This document shows, piece by piece, positions 12,701-25,997 of a DNA stretch of 64,000 bases (the stretch's first letter is position 1; each line of letters begins with the position of its first letter). Source of the DNA: Utricularia gibba (taxonomy: Eukaryota; Plantae; Magnoliophyta); NCBI GenBank assembly GCA_002189035.1, contig NEEC01000004.1:992001-1056000 (forward strand), in the 5' to 3' direction. The notes beneath the pieces are model-generated. The model searched no databases and was not told the DNA's origin. It saw only the letters and a list, made by a program, of their open reading frames with translations. The position numbers and the translations under genes are program-made.

Positions 12701-15607
12701 GAGATCCTTTGAAGCTGAAAAGACTAATGTGTTTGATCGAATTATTCAGATCGTTGGTTCTGCAATTGAGGTAGAGTAGCATTGATTTGGTGCAAGCATT
12801 TGCTTGTCTTCAACTTCTTATTATATTTTCATTTGGAATGAGAAGGGAATTTCTTTTATTCACAATCGTTTTGCTACTAGGTTGTTTCAGCTGTCTCTTG
12901 GGGTGGGGAGTATTATCATTATATATGGACTGTTGATTTTCATTCCAACACTTTGATATCAATGCATGAAAATGAGGATTCATATGGATAAGATGACTAG
13001 TTCAGGCTTCTCCTATAATTTTCTCTCTGAACCTAATTGTCTGCAATTTTAACCCTCTCAGACTTCTTGCACCAATCACGGTCCTTATGCATCTTTTATT
13101 TTGGAACTATCAAACGTAGTCTGTATTATGGTATTTTGAAGATTATAAATGGAATACAACCTCTATTTTTGTGCATTAGTGATTGACAGTTATTGTAGAT
13201 TTTCTGTCTGTTTTGTTTCTTGTTTTATGTATTCATTCTTGTACAATCAAATTATATTTAACCATGTTCAGGATGAGGCAAATAATAGGCGTTTGGCGTA
13301 TTGGCTTTCCAATGCATCCACACTTTTATTTTTACTACAACGAACGTTGAAATCTACTGCATCTCCACCTCAACCTACCTCATTCTTTGGTAGGATGACC
13401 CAAGTATGAATTACTTTACATTTATTGGTGTTCAAAATAAATATAAATGAAAGATAGTTTTCATTCTAACAAAAAATAAGCATGAATCGCTCAGGGGTTT
13501 CGGTCATCACCTTCCTCTGCAAACCTTTCTATAGGTGGACTTGAAGGAATTCAGCAGGTTGAAGCAAAGTATCCTGCTTTGCTTTTTAAGGAGCAGCTGA
13601 GTGCATATGTTGAGACATTATATGGAATTATTCATGATAACTTGAAAAATGAGTTGTCTCCAGGGCTATCGTCTTACATCCAAGTATCATTCTTTGTTAA
13701 TTCAAAATTTACTGAATTTTTGCTTTTATGTTGTTACGTATCGAGTTTAATTTTTATTCTCCATTTTTTATGGCATACTAGGAAAATTTTTAGGCTTGGT
13801 AATAAAAGTTCAAAAGAATGTGTCTCAAGCTTTTTTTGTGTGACCCTAGATTTCTAGGAAAGGAAATGTTACGTGAAAAAAATGTTCTTATTACTAGCAA
13901 GATGATAGAGAACTCTCTTGAAGAATTTGCATTTGCTGGAAAGTTTACTTATTTATCTCTTATAACTAAACTTATAATTTTCTCAAGAGTCTGATTGTGA
14001 AATTTTAAAGCTAGACTCCAAAAGCATCCCAAGGAAGCTCTGCTCAAAATTGTGAATGGGAAAGCGTAGTCAATTGCTTAAATAAGTTCCTTGACACACT
14101 CAGATATAATTGTGTACGTGAAATATCATTTTTTCCACTTCCCTTCATACCACTTCCGTCATTTCCCCATTATAATCTAATAGAGGTCTTTCTTTATAGG
14201 TTCGAGAAGCCATTGTTGAGAAATTCTTCATTCAGATTTTTTCTTATATTAATGTTCAAGTCTTCAACAGGTACCTCGCATGTGCAAATTCTAATTTCCC
14301 TTGTTTATTTCTTCATGCATGATTGACTCGTACATCTACCCGCAGCATACTCCTACATGCAGAGTGTTGCACGCATTTCCATGGAGAACGCATAAAAGCT
14401 GGATTAGTTGAACTAGAACTTTGGTGCAAGGATGCTGAGGAGGTACATATTGCTCGTAGAAGAACCCAGTGACTTCTGTTCACTTGTCTAATATAATATT
14501 TTTGTATGCCCGTGATATTTTTTCAAGTTTTTTTCTCTATTGCTTAATTTTTCCTCTTGATCATCACAATATAAAATGATTGTTTTTGTCGATGTGCAGT
14601 ATGCAGGCTCCTCCTGGGATGAACTAAAACACGTACAGCAAGCTGTAAGATTTTTGGTATGTTCCTCATGCTCTTTGGTCGTCAATTTGTGACTCGGTAA
14701 CGGCTCCCATAACAGTGTTCCATAAATGAATCTATGTTAACTCAACTTTCAATTCATTTGATAGTGTCATCATTTTTTTTGATTAATGATAATGTCATCA
14801 TTTAGTGGTGAAAAATGAGAAAAGTTCATACTTTAGCTGTATTTTAATAGTTCTGAAGTGCTGAAATATAAAAAAATATTGCTGTGATTTACTGAATGTC
14901 ACTTCTTGCAAACAGACCCTTCCTCAAAAATCAGGGATAGCCTGCGATGAACTGGCAACTGAATTGTGCCCTGTAAGTATAATTATGCATACATGTTTCT
15001 TAGATTCTTAGTTGTTTATTTAGCTCTTCTTTGCTTCGTACCTCTACTTCGTCTAACTTAATCATGTTTTTTTGCAAGTATTTCATTTATCTCAATAGTG
15101 TTTCCTAATTAAGCAGTACCTCCTTCCTATAAGAGTGCATCCTTATCCATTTACAGATACTAAGCAGTCAACAACTTTGTCGAATCTGTAATCTCTACAT
15201 GTCCAACAACTCTAGTACAGATGATGCTGTGCAATCTGAAGTAAGTCAGCTCTCGCTTTCTTGTTCAATTTGTCTGTCGGTATATTTATATAATGTAAAA
15301 AATAGGTCATTTCTGCCTTGGTTACCCGTACAAAAGCCTCCAGCGGTGGTGATGATGATGATGATGCTGGTGATGGTAAATCATTTTTGTTGGATGCAAG
15401 TTCAAGGTAACGTGTATTCTGTTCTTTTATATTTCATAGATACCATGCAGGAAGCATCAAATTTCATTTATCAAATAGTTGACCCTCTATTGCAGCACTC
15501 CCTTCTCATCACAAGACATAAGCATCTGTTTCCGGGACTTTGATTTCAAAGGCATAAAACTTGCACCGGAACTCGTGGAAAATCCAGCCTTTGACTTGTT
15601 ACAATGA
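3716..15607 (+). CDS. Class XI myosin (SH3-like N-terminus, motor, IQ neck, coiled coil, DIL tail), roughly 40 exons
   Basis: ATG-only first exon (3716-3718|gtacgc); exon 2 at 4597-4725 ([10 protein letters not shown]); [17 protein letters not shown]; P-loop GESGAGKT; RFGKFVE; DIYGFESF; [11 protein letters not shown]; [11 protein letters not shown]; IQ motifs; tail [45 protein letters not shown]; ends ENPAFDLLQ* (TGA 15605-15607). Exons traced in frame. Confidence 0.95.
10980..11758 (+). repeat. Tandemly duplicated exon+intron units within the myosin XI coiled coil (period about 310-330 bp)
   Basis: Exons 10980-11135, 11292-11468 and 11624-11758 share sequence ([12 protein letters not shown] / [12 protein letters not shown] / NDENEQLK; [18 protein letters not shown] / [18 protein letters not shown]). 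The following introns are also homologous (gtgagggcaaatttaatc vs gtgaggccaaattttcat; ttatcagctggtgaa vs ttatcagctagtgaa). Confidence 0.85.
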
Positions 15608-16589
15608 CAACTGAGGTCCTCATTCCACAATGCGTTCCGCATATATCAGAAAGCTACTTCATTCTCATTCTTGTCTGCAACTTGTTTTCTTGGTAATGAG
15701 AACATCACTTAGCAAGAAAACTCCCAGCTCACCTCTTATTTGCAATTCACGGAGTGGGACTTATTTACCAGTGAATATGCTCCGGTTGTTCCATCTGGGA
15801 GAGAGCTCACAACAGTGAATCCATCGCTACAACATCTGCTGCACCATTTGATAGTTTTCCGATCATTTGGATTCTATGGCAAACTCCAGTGCGGATGATC
15901 ATGCATGCCAAGTTGGTGCTGTGAGATGACTGAGGGGACAGATAGATGGTGAATGCCTGAACATGGTGTTGTTTTGAGAGCACTCCTCTCTCTGTAGTGA
16001 ATAAAGCCGGTTGAGGCAAGTAATGTAAATGATAACTTACAAATTCACTTTCATTTCATGCTTACAAGTTTGTAATAGAGTTCCAGTGAGATCCTCCAGC
16101 AAAGAGAAAAAAAGAGTGATTTGAGACAAAGGCCTACCTATTTGGGGTCCTTGGCACGTTCAACATATGATTTTCAATTGTTCACAGGGCGAATATTTAT
16201 GTTTGATGCCAAACACGACGGGGCCTCGGATGGACTTGCAATGGCCAGACCCAGGCCCACTACTTTTGTAAATTGGGAGAGCAATTGTATTACTCTTCAA
16301 GTTGCTGTTTCCTGTCCTTCCATCGTACAAACAACAAAACATTCCTGCGAGATTGGTTTCGTTTATCACCCACATGGTACCTTCCTCAAAGCTCGCTCTA
16401 CACAAAGAAAAATGAAGAATCATTGCAGAACGTCTTCCTGCGACCTCCCAAGAATGAATTCCAACTCTTTACAATTTCTGTTGTGAGCGGGAGGTTCTTG
16501 CATTCTAAATATGCTTCGAAAAACCTCCATGGCACGCAGCCTCGGCTTGGCCGCCGTGCACAGAACTCTCAAAATTAACAAGTACTGAA

Positions 16590-19500
16590 TCACAGAGATC
16601 GCCGCCTTGATGGCCCTCCAGGGAATAGCTTCATGATCCATCCCAGGACTCTGTCCACCACCTGGGGGATCAAATAGCAGTTAAGTTTTATAATTCACCA
16701 GTGAAAGTAAAACATTTAAAACCCAAAGCTTGAATTTGCAGCGATACCATAACTTGGTCAATGAATTACCTCATCGCCTTCATCGGCATAAGTGGTGTTT
16801 TCATTTATGCGATGTTCAACCTGCTTGTATTGTCTATTATCCCCTGCTAAACTTTGAGATGTCAAGAGCTCCAGTCTCTGTGTTTGAACTTCAAGCTTTC
16901 TGGTCAGTTCCTTGTTCAGTTCCTGGAAATAAGGACATAGCGAAATCTTTAATAGGAGTTGTTAATCAATGCTGCGGTCAAACCACATACATGTTTCCCT
17001 AACTCTCCTGAACTACAGCAGAGCTTTGTTTCTTCAATGAGATCCAAGTTGGGTAAAAATAGAGAAGTGATCTAATTTTGCATGACTAGCACACATGCTA
17101 GTACTTCGGGAGGGGTCGGGGTTAACTACTGCTGAAAATCCCACAGATATGTTGGTACTCCTGAACTACAAGAGATATGCTAAGACAAACTAGCACTATG
17201 ATACAAAAAAATGCGAACCTCAAGGAGACCACACAAAAAAAAGAAGGTAAATAATAAACTACCAGCAATTTGGAGCTTTGAGATGACTCAGTCGTCAAGG
17301 CCTGCATCAGTTGATCTTTCTCCAATGACACCTGGAATCAGATGAGTAGAAGTCATCGGGAAATTCTTAAAAGTGCACGTGCAATAATCACTTCAGGGGA
17401 TCGGTTAAGCAAGAGTGTGAGACTTGTAAACTTACCTCAGCAAGTAATGTGTTGATGTTAGCAATCATCCTTCTATGGTCCGCAGGGAGACCACTAAGGG
17501 TAAGCTTCGTGGTTTCTTGAGAGCTGGTGCTCTCATCTTGATGCGCACTTAAGTCAACATGTTCCACATTTTCGGAGCCTGAGGTTCTATCAGAATCTAG
17601 TCTCACAAAAAACACAGCACAGGGTGTATCTTCTCAGTTGCAGATGAAATATTCAGGGATATAACACACATGGAACCAAAAATAGTTCGTATGTAAGAAA
17701 TTCATACCAAGATTCTCTGTGGAAGTTGATGCATCTTTTTTTGAAATTGAAGCCCTGTCCAAACCAACAGGTTTCCCATTTGAGGATGCATTTCGCAATT
17801 TTGTCTGCAACAACTTCTTTTCTGCAAAAGAGGGAAAGTTCCATTAACAATCAAGATTTTTGAATTAATTAATAAAAAACCCTTCAAAAAAACATGATCA
17901 ATCGAACTCTACTAATAATGGATAAAAGTTAAAGATTTGATTTTCCAATAACTAATATTATTACCTTCTTGTAAGGCATTGATGGTGGACATGAGATCTT
18001 GCCGATCCTTTTCAAGGCTTGAAACCTTCTTCCTGATTCATATATAATTAATGATGCATAAAACTCACAGAACATCGGTCTAAAAAGATGACAAAATGGG
18101 CATTAACACTACACATGCTAATACAACAGTATATTGCGCTAAAGCCGCACAAACAATAAAGCCTTTGCTCTGCAATCTGCAGTTGGTTGAACAGATCACT
18201 TGATACATATTCACGAAAAAAAGTTGTGTGATGGATATCAGCCTAATTAAACCTCACTTACGTTTTCCTAGCTAAAGTTTTCTGAGAGAATAAAAGCCCC
18301 CGTGATAAGAATGATGAAAAGAAGACATTGAAAAGAAAAGCATTGACAATACCGATAAGAAGACATTTCTTCATGAGTGTTCTCCAACTGCCTCTCAACT
18401 TTGAGCTCATTAGACCTCAACCGCAGCGCCTAAACATTTCAGTAATAACACTTGGGGAAAAAGTAAACAGAAACCAAGTAATTTTAAGGAGCTGCTTAAG
18501 GAATTAAGAAAAGTTTTTCCAATGATTAAAAAAAAGAGCCTGTCTCTAGGGATCCAACTCATTTCCCCATCTATATATGGAAAAAACCATAAAAACAAAA
18601 TTAAAGATACAGAAAAAGGTTGATGAGTTTACACAATGTGCCGGAAAAACATAGACAATGCAATCCATCAACTTGCAGGACTGTATACCTTCTCTTCCAG
18701 CTCAATGACTTCAGAGGCCAAAAGTTTTGCACGTTCATCAGCTGCACTACATTCCATCTGAACATTAATATATGCCTCTTTTAAGGCTTTGAGCTCCTCC
18801 TACAGGCATTAAAAACAAATCCTTAAATGGAAATTCAGACAACTTCAAAAATATTATGAATAAGCAACATACTCTGAGTGGAAATTCAGATAACTAAGAA
18901 GAAGATAAAAGTAAAGTTGTAGTACTTCACTAAAGACAAATAAGGCTAACCATATGAGCCCTTATTTCATCCTGTAGCTTCTCCATGTCTAATTTCAGCT
19001 GGTTTACAATGCTTCCCTAATAAAATCAAAACAGTGAGTTTGCACATAAACAAAGAAATTGCGTTTTTACTTCTTAAATTAACATTATTTAAAAAAATAT
19101 GAAATTGAACAGTTGGACTTAAATGTTTGACATATGCTTACGAAGCAAGTACGAGATAACAAAATTGTGCTAAACGTAAAAGTCACATGGGAAAATGTCA
19201 AATGATTGATCAACCTGCTGATTGAAGCTTTCTGTTAAAGTTGAATTTTCTGAGGCCAAGGAGTCTGCCAAAGCACGTGAAGCATCAAGTGCACGTTGCA
19301 ATGAAAATTTTTCTTGGGTTAAATCTTCAATATGCTGAAAAAGAAAATTCATAAAAATAAATATACTAAAAAATAACACCTTAGAAGTTTCTCCTCATTC
19401 CATGCCAAAAAAGCCACGCTGTATATCACAATGAGCTCATGCAGTGCTCAAAATATCGAAGGAGAAAGTTCACAGTAACACCATCCCATGAATGACCACA

Positions 19501-21336
19501 AACTCCCAAAAGTATCACAAATGAGGAACAATATAGACTGATGTGAAACACCGAGCTGGAACCCATGAGCTAGAAATCAAATTCCCTTCAAAATATGGAA
19601 TCTTGCAGGAGCGAAAAACTACACATTTAAGCCAATCCACAGGCACTACTATGAATCATACAGATCCTTGCATACTTAAAATGCTGATTAATATTTTTTT
19701 TCCCTTGCCCAAGACACACAGGGCTCACTGGACATAAAAAGGAAGCCACCAAGAATCTCATCATAATTATGCCCAAAGAATTTCCAAAGAATGAGCTAAA
19801 AAAACCTGTTCCAATGCAGCAAAGTCTTCATTCTGCCTCCGTATGAAAATGTCGCCTTCATTTTTTGTTGAATATGTGAATGTAGCAGGAACATCACCGT
19901 TGGATACAGAAGAGTTAGCTGATGTCTCAGAAAATGATGATCCAAAACCACCTACTGGGGAAACCTTGGAAGCAGAATCATGAACTTTTCCAGCACCAAA
20001 CAGGGAAAGGGGTGTTGACACGCTTTTTGATGTCTGAAAAGAATCATGAAACGATGGACGGGATGGCCCCCATCCACTATTGGAGATGTAAATGCAAGAT
20101 TAGAGGAGCTTCCCATTTCATTATTGAAATGGGAAAATCCATTGTTGGAGATCCATGGAGGTAAATGATTTGTTGAATCAATAGCACCACTGGCTTGGTT
20201 GTCTCCAATTCCGGAAAACAAAGGAAACTTTCTCTCAGCAGCAGATTCAGAAGACGAGTGATTTGCATTGGGGGTAAACTGGAGATATTCTAAAAATCAT
20301 CAAGAGGACCCAAGAAAGTGAAATATTGTTAGATAAGAATGAAAAAACTGCAACAGATCATAAAAAACATGAGAGAACATGTAACAGATTATTACCTGGA
20401 AATGGTGAGGACATCAAGTTGTTATCCTCATGCCTTCTACTATCAGACTCATTTGGCAGGAGGCTCATGAATGTATTCCTGCGGAAATCATCAGAGGTAG
20501 ACACCTCTGATGACATATAAGATGAAATATCTTTCAATGTTCCATCACTGTTCTTTGATGAAGTGCCCTGTGGTCGATGGTATCTTGAAAAGCTGGAAGC
20601 ATGACTTTCTGAATTGGATGATGGATTAACTGACACAAAATTATCTGTATTACTTTCAGATATTTGGCCAGACGATCCATTAACATCATTTCTGCCAGTG
20701 GATTCATCTTTTGTATTCTTAGATCCATCAGCTTTTTTGTTTAACTCCTTGCCCACAAGGTGAGGAATGGTGAAGCCTTCTGTAGGGGTTTGAGCAAAGG
20801 CATCAGAGGTACCAAGTCCATCAGAATTGCTGGTACGTCCATTGCCAGATAAAGATTCTTGTTTTTCATTTTGAACGCCATCAAAAGATTGAGGTTGGTT
20901 TTTAGAAGCATCTTTTTTGGCCGCAGCTTTCTTTCGACGAAACTCCTCTAGCTGGTAAGGTTGAGTTAATATAAGCAAGGATATGCCAACAAATCAATAT
21001 AGAATAATACAGATGATAAGCCAAATGAAAAAAATAAACAGAGACATTTTTTATTGCACCAACATGCTGGACAAAACTGCAAAATTAAAACTAAAACTAT
21101 CCATTTCAATGCAAGGCAGCCTGCTAAAATCAGAATTGATGCCAACACCGTGAATGCACTGAAATCAACTTCGTCTTAACCATCGAACAAGATCAAGGCA
21201 TGTAAAAAACAACAATGCGCGAACACTACAAAGAATTAGGCTTCGAATATAACATGTCATCATTTATAAAAGATGCAACCTTTTTCTTTCCAGCTTCCAA
21301 ATGCTCCTGCTTCTTCAACACCTGAGCCGACGCCAT
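16590..21336 (-). CDS. BLI: BLISTER-like coiled-coil protein (13 exons; apparent 1-nt deletion at 20067-20071)
   Basis: MASAQVLKKQEHLEAGKKK|LEEFRRKKAA; SRPSFHDSF; QNEDFAALEQ|HIEDLTQEKFSLQRALDASRALADSLASENS; AADERAKLLASEVIELEEK|ALRLRSNELK; ELTRKLEVQTQRLELL; C-terminus DEGDE|VVDRVLGWIMKLFPGGPSRRRSL*. All match the BLISTER family as recalled. Confidence 0.85.
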
Positions 21337-21965
21337 TCAGAGTACCCGTATAGTAACTTCTCAAAACCTCCTAAAGCTATAAACCCGGAACCCAAATTAC
21401 CATCGCCAATCACCCAGATCAGGGTATATCAACACCACGAAGAAATACACCCCGATTCACAACCCACAGCTATCCGAGGAAAATAAAATGAAAATCTATT
21501 GTCAAAAAAACTCCAACTAACATCTATCTCCAAAATGGCATGAAGTGCATCAATCAAAATTCAAAGATGCAATAAATAAACATAATTTCCAAAGCGAGGA
21601 CAGATCCAGGAAAAAGGTATCCGCAAATTGCTTATAGAACCTCCTCCAGCATCCCATGAATTAGCGGCAGTTGCCCCTCTCTTTCTCTTCGTCGGCGAAT
21701 TGGGAAACGGAGGGGTGAAGTTACATTCTCGGTTGGGTCTGTTGACACGCACAGTTTCTTTCTAAACAAAAAATTCCAAAACTTATTTATTTAATTGGTT
21801 GATTCTTTTTTTGGCATACATTTGTAATCCGCAATACTTTTTCTATATTTATTCCATAATTTATTTTCAATTAACACTTTACCGAAAAAACATGAAAAAT
21901 AAGAACTGTAAAAAAAATTAAAACTTTCATTTATGGTAAAAAAAAAAAGATATAAAATATTCATG

Positions 21966-21968
<3 letters not shown>

Positions 21969-21996
<28 letters not shown>
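21969..21996. repeat. (AT)14 microsatellite
   Basis: Perfect AT dinucleotide run read directly, in the AT-rich spacer upstream of BLI. Confidence 0.95.
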
Positions 21997-22001
<5 letters not shown>

Positions 22002-23863
22002 AAAATAATTTTATATTTAAAATTAAAATGAAATAATCAAATATATATAAAAAATTATAATTTACTAATAGTCGATTGTATATAAGATTTATTCTGTTTT
22101 TATATTTTTTAAAAAATTATTCTATTTAATTTTTGAATATTCTATGTTTAATCATTTTTAGGAAAATCATAAATTTTAGATTTAATTTTAGAAATTATTA
22201 AATTTATTGAATTTTTCTGATTAAATAAAATATTAATTAAAAATATACATTTATATCATAATATTAAATTATATATAAACTTTATAATATATATTTTATT
22301 TAATAAAATTTATATTATAATTTTATGATATATCATAAAATAATTTTACAATCTCAAATTGATTTTATTTACATAATGCTAAAACTAATTTTATTCTATA
22401 TAATTTGAAGCATAATTTTGAATTACAGAATAAATCTCTAATATTTTTAAATATAATTTATATTTATTATGTATTTAATTTTTACGTATACATTTATATG
22501 TATACAAAAAACGAAATATTATGCACATGTCATGCTTTATCATTGTTTTTCAAAATTGGGTTACAATACCACATTGGTGGGGGACTAAAATTATATTTGA
22601 ATGTATTTGATCAATCAAAATGTGCATTATTTTTCTATTTTTAATCATATTTATGTACATCATATCTAGTAGTAGAAAAATATTGATTAATCCCAATGTC
22701 AAAATAAAATGAATAAATTTTAAAATTTTAAATATGGATTGGGTAGTTCGAATAATTGGTTGATATTAAGCCCTAGCTCTCTAGTAACATTATTATGCAT
22801 ATACTCTAATTAATTATTAAAGGTTTATTTGGTAGGTATGAATGATTTTTTATGTAATAAGAAAAAAAAGTGCTGCGATTGAGGTGGTAGAGACACACAC
22901 ACTGTCCTCTACGCTTGTTAGAGTAGCCTCCTCTTTGACTAAAAGCAGCGGAATTGATCTTCTTCTCGTTTTGTTCTGACATGGAATGGAATTGCTCCTC
23001 GATCTGGGTAATAATAATTTCCACTCCAAAGTGCAAATTCACCATGAACAGGGTCGATGAACGGAGGGAGAGGATTTGACTCTGGGTTCATCGGATCTGC
23101 GCCACACAGCACCAAGCTAGCCTACCCGTAATCCACGTGCTTTGGCCTAGTCTCTAACCCACTGTTACGAGTTCAAATCGAAATTATGAGTCTTGCATCG
23201 TTGTCCAGATACAGGAAGTCGCTGATAATATAATAAAACTAGTGGCACCGACTTCGGTGTTTGCGATGATGGCTACTGCTTAAGCACCCACCCCATCGCG
23301 TAGGCATATCAAAACCTTTTTTTTTTCGGGTGCTATAGATCTACAGCACAGTTCACTCACGATTCGAAGGTGGGGTTTGTCGCAGCTTGTGATTTGGGGA
23401 GGTTCCGTGGAAGAATGACACCTTGAGGTTATTTTCTGCGCAACCTTGGTGAGAAATTTACCTGCTTTCTATTGATATTGATTACACAGAAACCGAGAAA
23501 GATTTCCCCTGCTGAGGTTTTGAGTTCTCTGAGAGTTTAATTGATGGTGTTTTATCGAAAATTTTACAAAGGGGAAGTGTTTACGTGTCTTTGGTGGAGA
23601 CAAACATTCTGTGGTTGATAAGAGTTTCAAGATATTTCATCCGCTTTGAGCTGCAGATAAAAGCATTGAACTCTGTATTGTTTTTCCCTCTGATGCCTTA
23701 AAGTTTGAAACTCAACTTGGAGGAGTAACCATCAAGTTCTAGGAAATTGTGTATTGGGAAGTGTGTAGTCTAAGAGTTCTGTTGTTTTTCTGTGTAATTT
23801 CATGACCATACTGCTGCTCCAGTTTGCTTGTGACTCTTCTTTGCAGTCGCCTTTTTCTAGGAC

Positions 23864-25134
23864 ATGGCGACTCCCGTGGATCCTCCAAATGGTATTGGAT
23901 CAAGAGGGAAGCATTACTACTCTATGTGGCAAACGCTCTTTGAGATTGATACAAAATACTTACCAATCAAGCCTATTGGTAGAGGGGCATATGGCATAGT
24001 GTGCTCTTCCCTGAACACGGAAACAAGTGAAAAAGTTGCAATAAAAAAGATACACAATGCTTTCGAGAATCGTATTGATGCACTCCGAACCTTACGAGAA
24101 CTGAAGCTTCTGAGGCATCTTGCACACGAAAATGTCATAGCCCTCAAAGATGTCATGCTTCCTGCAAGCAAGGAAAGTTTCAAGGATGTCTACTTGGTAT
24201 ACGAGCTGATGGATACAGATTTGCACCAGATCATCAAGTCTTCTCAGACTCTTACAAATGACCATTGTCAATATTTCCTTTTTCAGGTACTTCCCTTAAA
24301 TTTCTCTGCATGAAGACATTTTTTCTTGTGTAGTTTATGCTTAGGACGTGAGACAATAATTCTTTAGTTTAGAGACTTGGGAAAGGAGGGTACTCATGTA
24401 GCCATTTCCTTCTTCATGAAATTTGTGGTTTCATGCAGTTACTCAGAGGCCTCAAATATCTCCATTCAGCAAATATTCTCCACCGGGATTTGAAGCCTGG
24501 TAACCTACTCATCAATGCAAACTGTGATCTTAAGATATGTGATTTCGGGCTTGCACGCACGAACAGCAGTAAAGGTCAATTCATGACGGAGTATGTGGTT
24601 ACACGCTGGTACAGAGCACCAGAGCTTCTCCTCTGCTGTGATAACTATGGTACATCAATCGATGTGTGGTCTGTAGGTTGCATCTTTGCCGAGCTTTTGG
24701 GTCGTAAGCCGATATTCCCAGGTACAGAGTGTCTCAACCAGCTTAGGTTGATCATAAACATCCTTGGTAGCCAGAGTGAGGAGAATCTTGAGTTCATAGA
24801 CAATCCCAAGGCGAGGAAGTACATAAAGTCTCTTGCTTACTCACCTGGCACACCCTTGGCAAGCCTCTACCCTCATGCACATCCCTTGGCCATTGATCTG
24901 CTACAGAAGATGCTGATATTTGACCCTTCAAAAAGGATTGGAGTAACTGAAGCACTTCAGCACCCCTACATGGCACCTCTATATGACCCTCGATGCGATC
25001 CGTTGGCCGAGGTTCCGATCAACCTCGACATAGATGAGGAGATGGGAGAAGAGATGATCAGAGAGATGATGTGGGAGGAGATACTGTATTATCATCCTGA
25101 AGGGGCTAATGAAACCATGGAGATGAGAATTTAA
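23864..25134 (+). CDS. MPK1: Mitogen-activated protein kinase, group C (MPK1/MPK2-like), 372 aa, 2 coding exons (23864-24286, 24439-25134)
   Basis: [11 protein letters not shown]...[17 protein letters not shown]-terminus typical of group C; [23 protein letters not shown] activation loop ([11 protein letters not shown]). Single coding intron at YFLFQ|LLRG. Probable 5'-UTR intron at about 23428-23846. Confidence 0.96.
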
Positions 25135-25997
25135 GGTGAAGGCAGGCTGTTTGCGGTTCCTTTTTTTCAATAATGAGGAGAAGAGAAGCAAGCTTCTCAG
25201 GCATGATCAGTTTGAGCTGCTGGTATGGTGCCGCCTCACTGTAACTGATCTGCAGTTTCTGGGCTTGGAACTTTATTTGTAAATAGGTTTGCTTGTGTAC
25301 ATGGCGAAACTGTATCTTGTGCTTTGATTGTGAGTTTAATTTTAGAGGATGAAGGAGAAGGATTATGACTACGTGGTTGGCAAAGAGCTTCAATTTGAAA
25401 TGTCATGACAATATTGCAGCACCATTTTGTCACACCAAGAATCAAAACAAAACATAGATGGCAGAATAATTTAATAAACATATCACAAGGCAAATCCTCC
25501 TCTGGTTTACAATTTGATTCTATTCACTCGAATTCCAAGAGGAAATGTAATACATGTAATATATAAATTATATATAGAAGAAGAAGAAGCAAGAAGCCTC
25601 CCAAACAAATCAATCATCACAAGCTTCTTCACTTTCTTCACATGATTCTTGCTGGAGACAAGGAGTAGACATTCAAAGAAAATAGGCTGGCTAGGAAGCT
25701 GATCTTGGCTGTGAAATAGAACACGGGAGTGACAAAAAATAGGTGGTAAATTAGGAGAAAAAAAGAGTTGGATCAACGCTTCTGCAACAACTAGGATTTG
25801 GTTTCTTCTGGATGTCTGGAGCAGGGGCAGAGGTTGAACAGGACCATGGGAAGTGGGTTGTAATGGATGTGGTTTTTGTGGAATAAAAGCTCAGACTGTA
25901 AGGGGGTTGAGATATGCTGGAATGGATTAGAAACTTTGAGAAAATAAACAACTTTTGAGTAGGTTTTTAAGGAGTTAAGTGTGGTGGAGTTGTACCG

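Noticed and set aside
15608-16589. ORFs of 70-120 aa and a GC-donor-like AG|GCAAGT (about 16015) between the myosin and BLI stops
   Set aside because: No recognisable protein features; best explained as convergent 3' UTRs. Splicing there cannot be supported without RNA data.
23143-23179. tRNA/SINE-like A-box (TGGCCTAGT) and B-box (GAGTTCAAATC)
   Set aside because: Box spacing is about 26 nt instead of about 45, and no cloverleaf can be drawn.
23242-23262. GTGGCACCGACTTCGGTG resembles the SpCas9 tracrRNA terminal hairpin
   Set aside because: Only about 10 nt match, the rest of the sgRNA scaffold is absent and there are no repeats or cas genes; chance similarity in a plant promoter.
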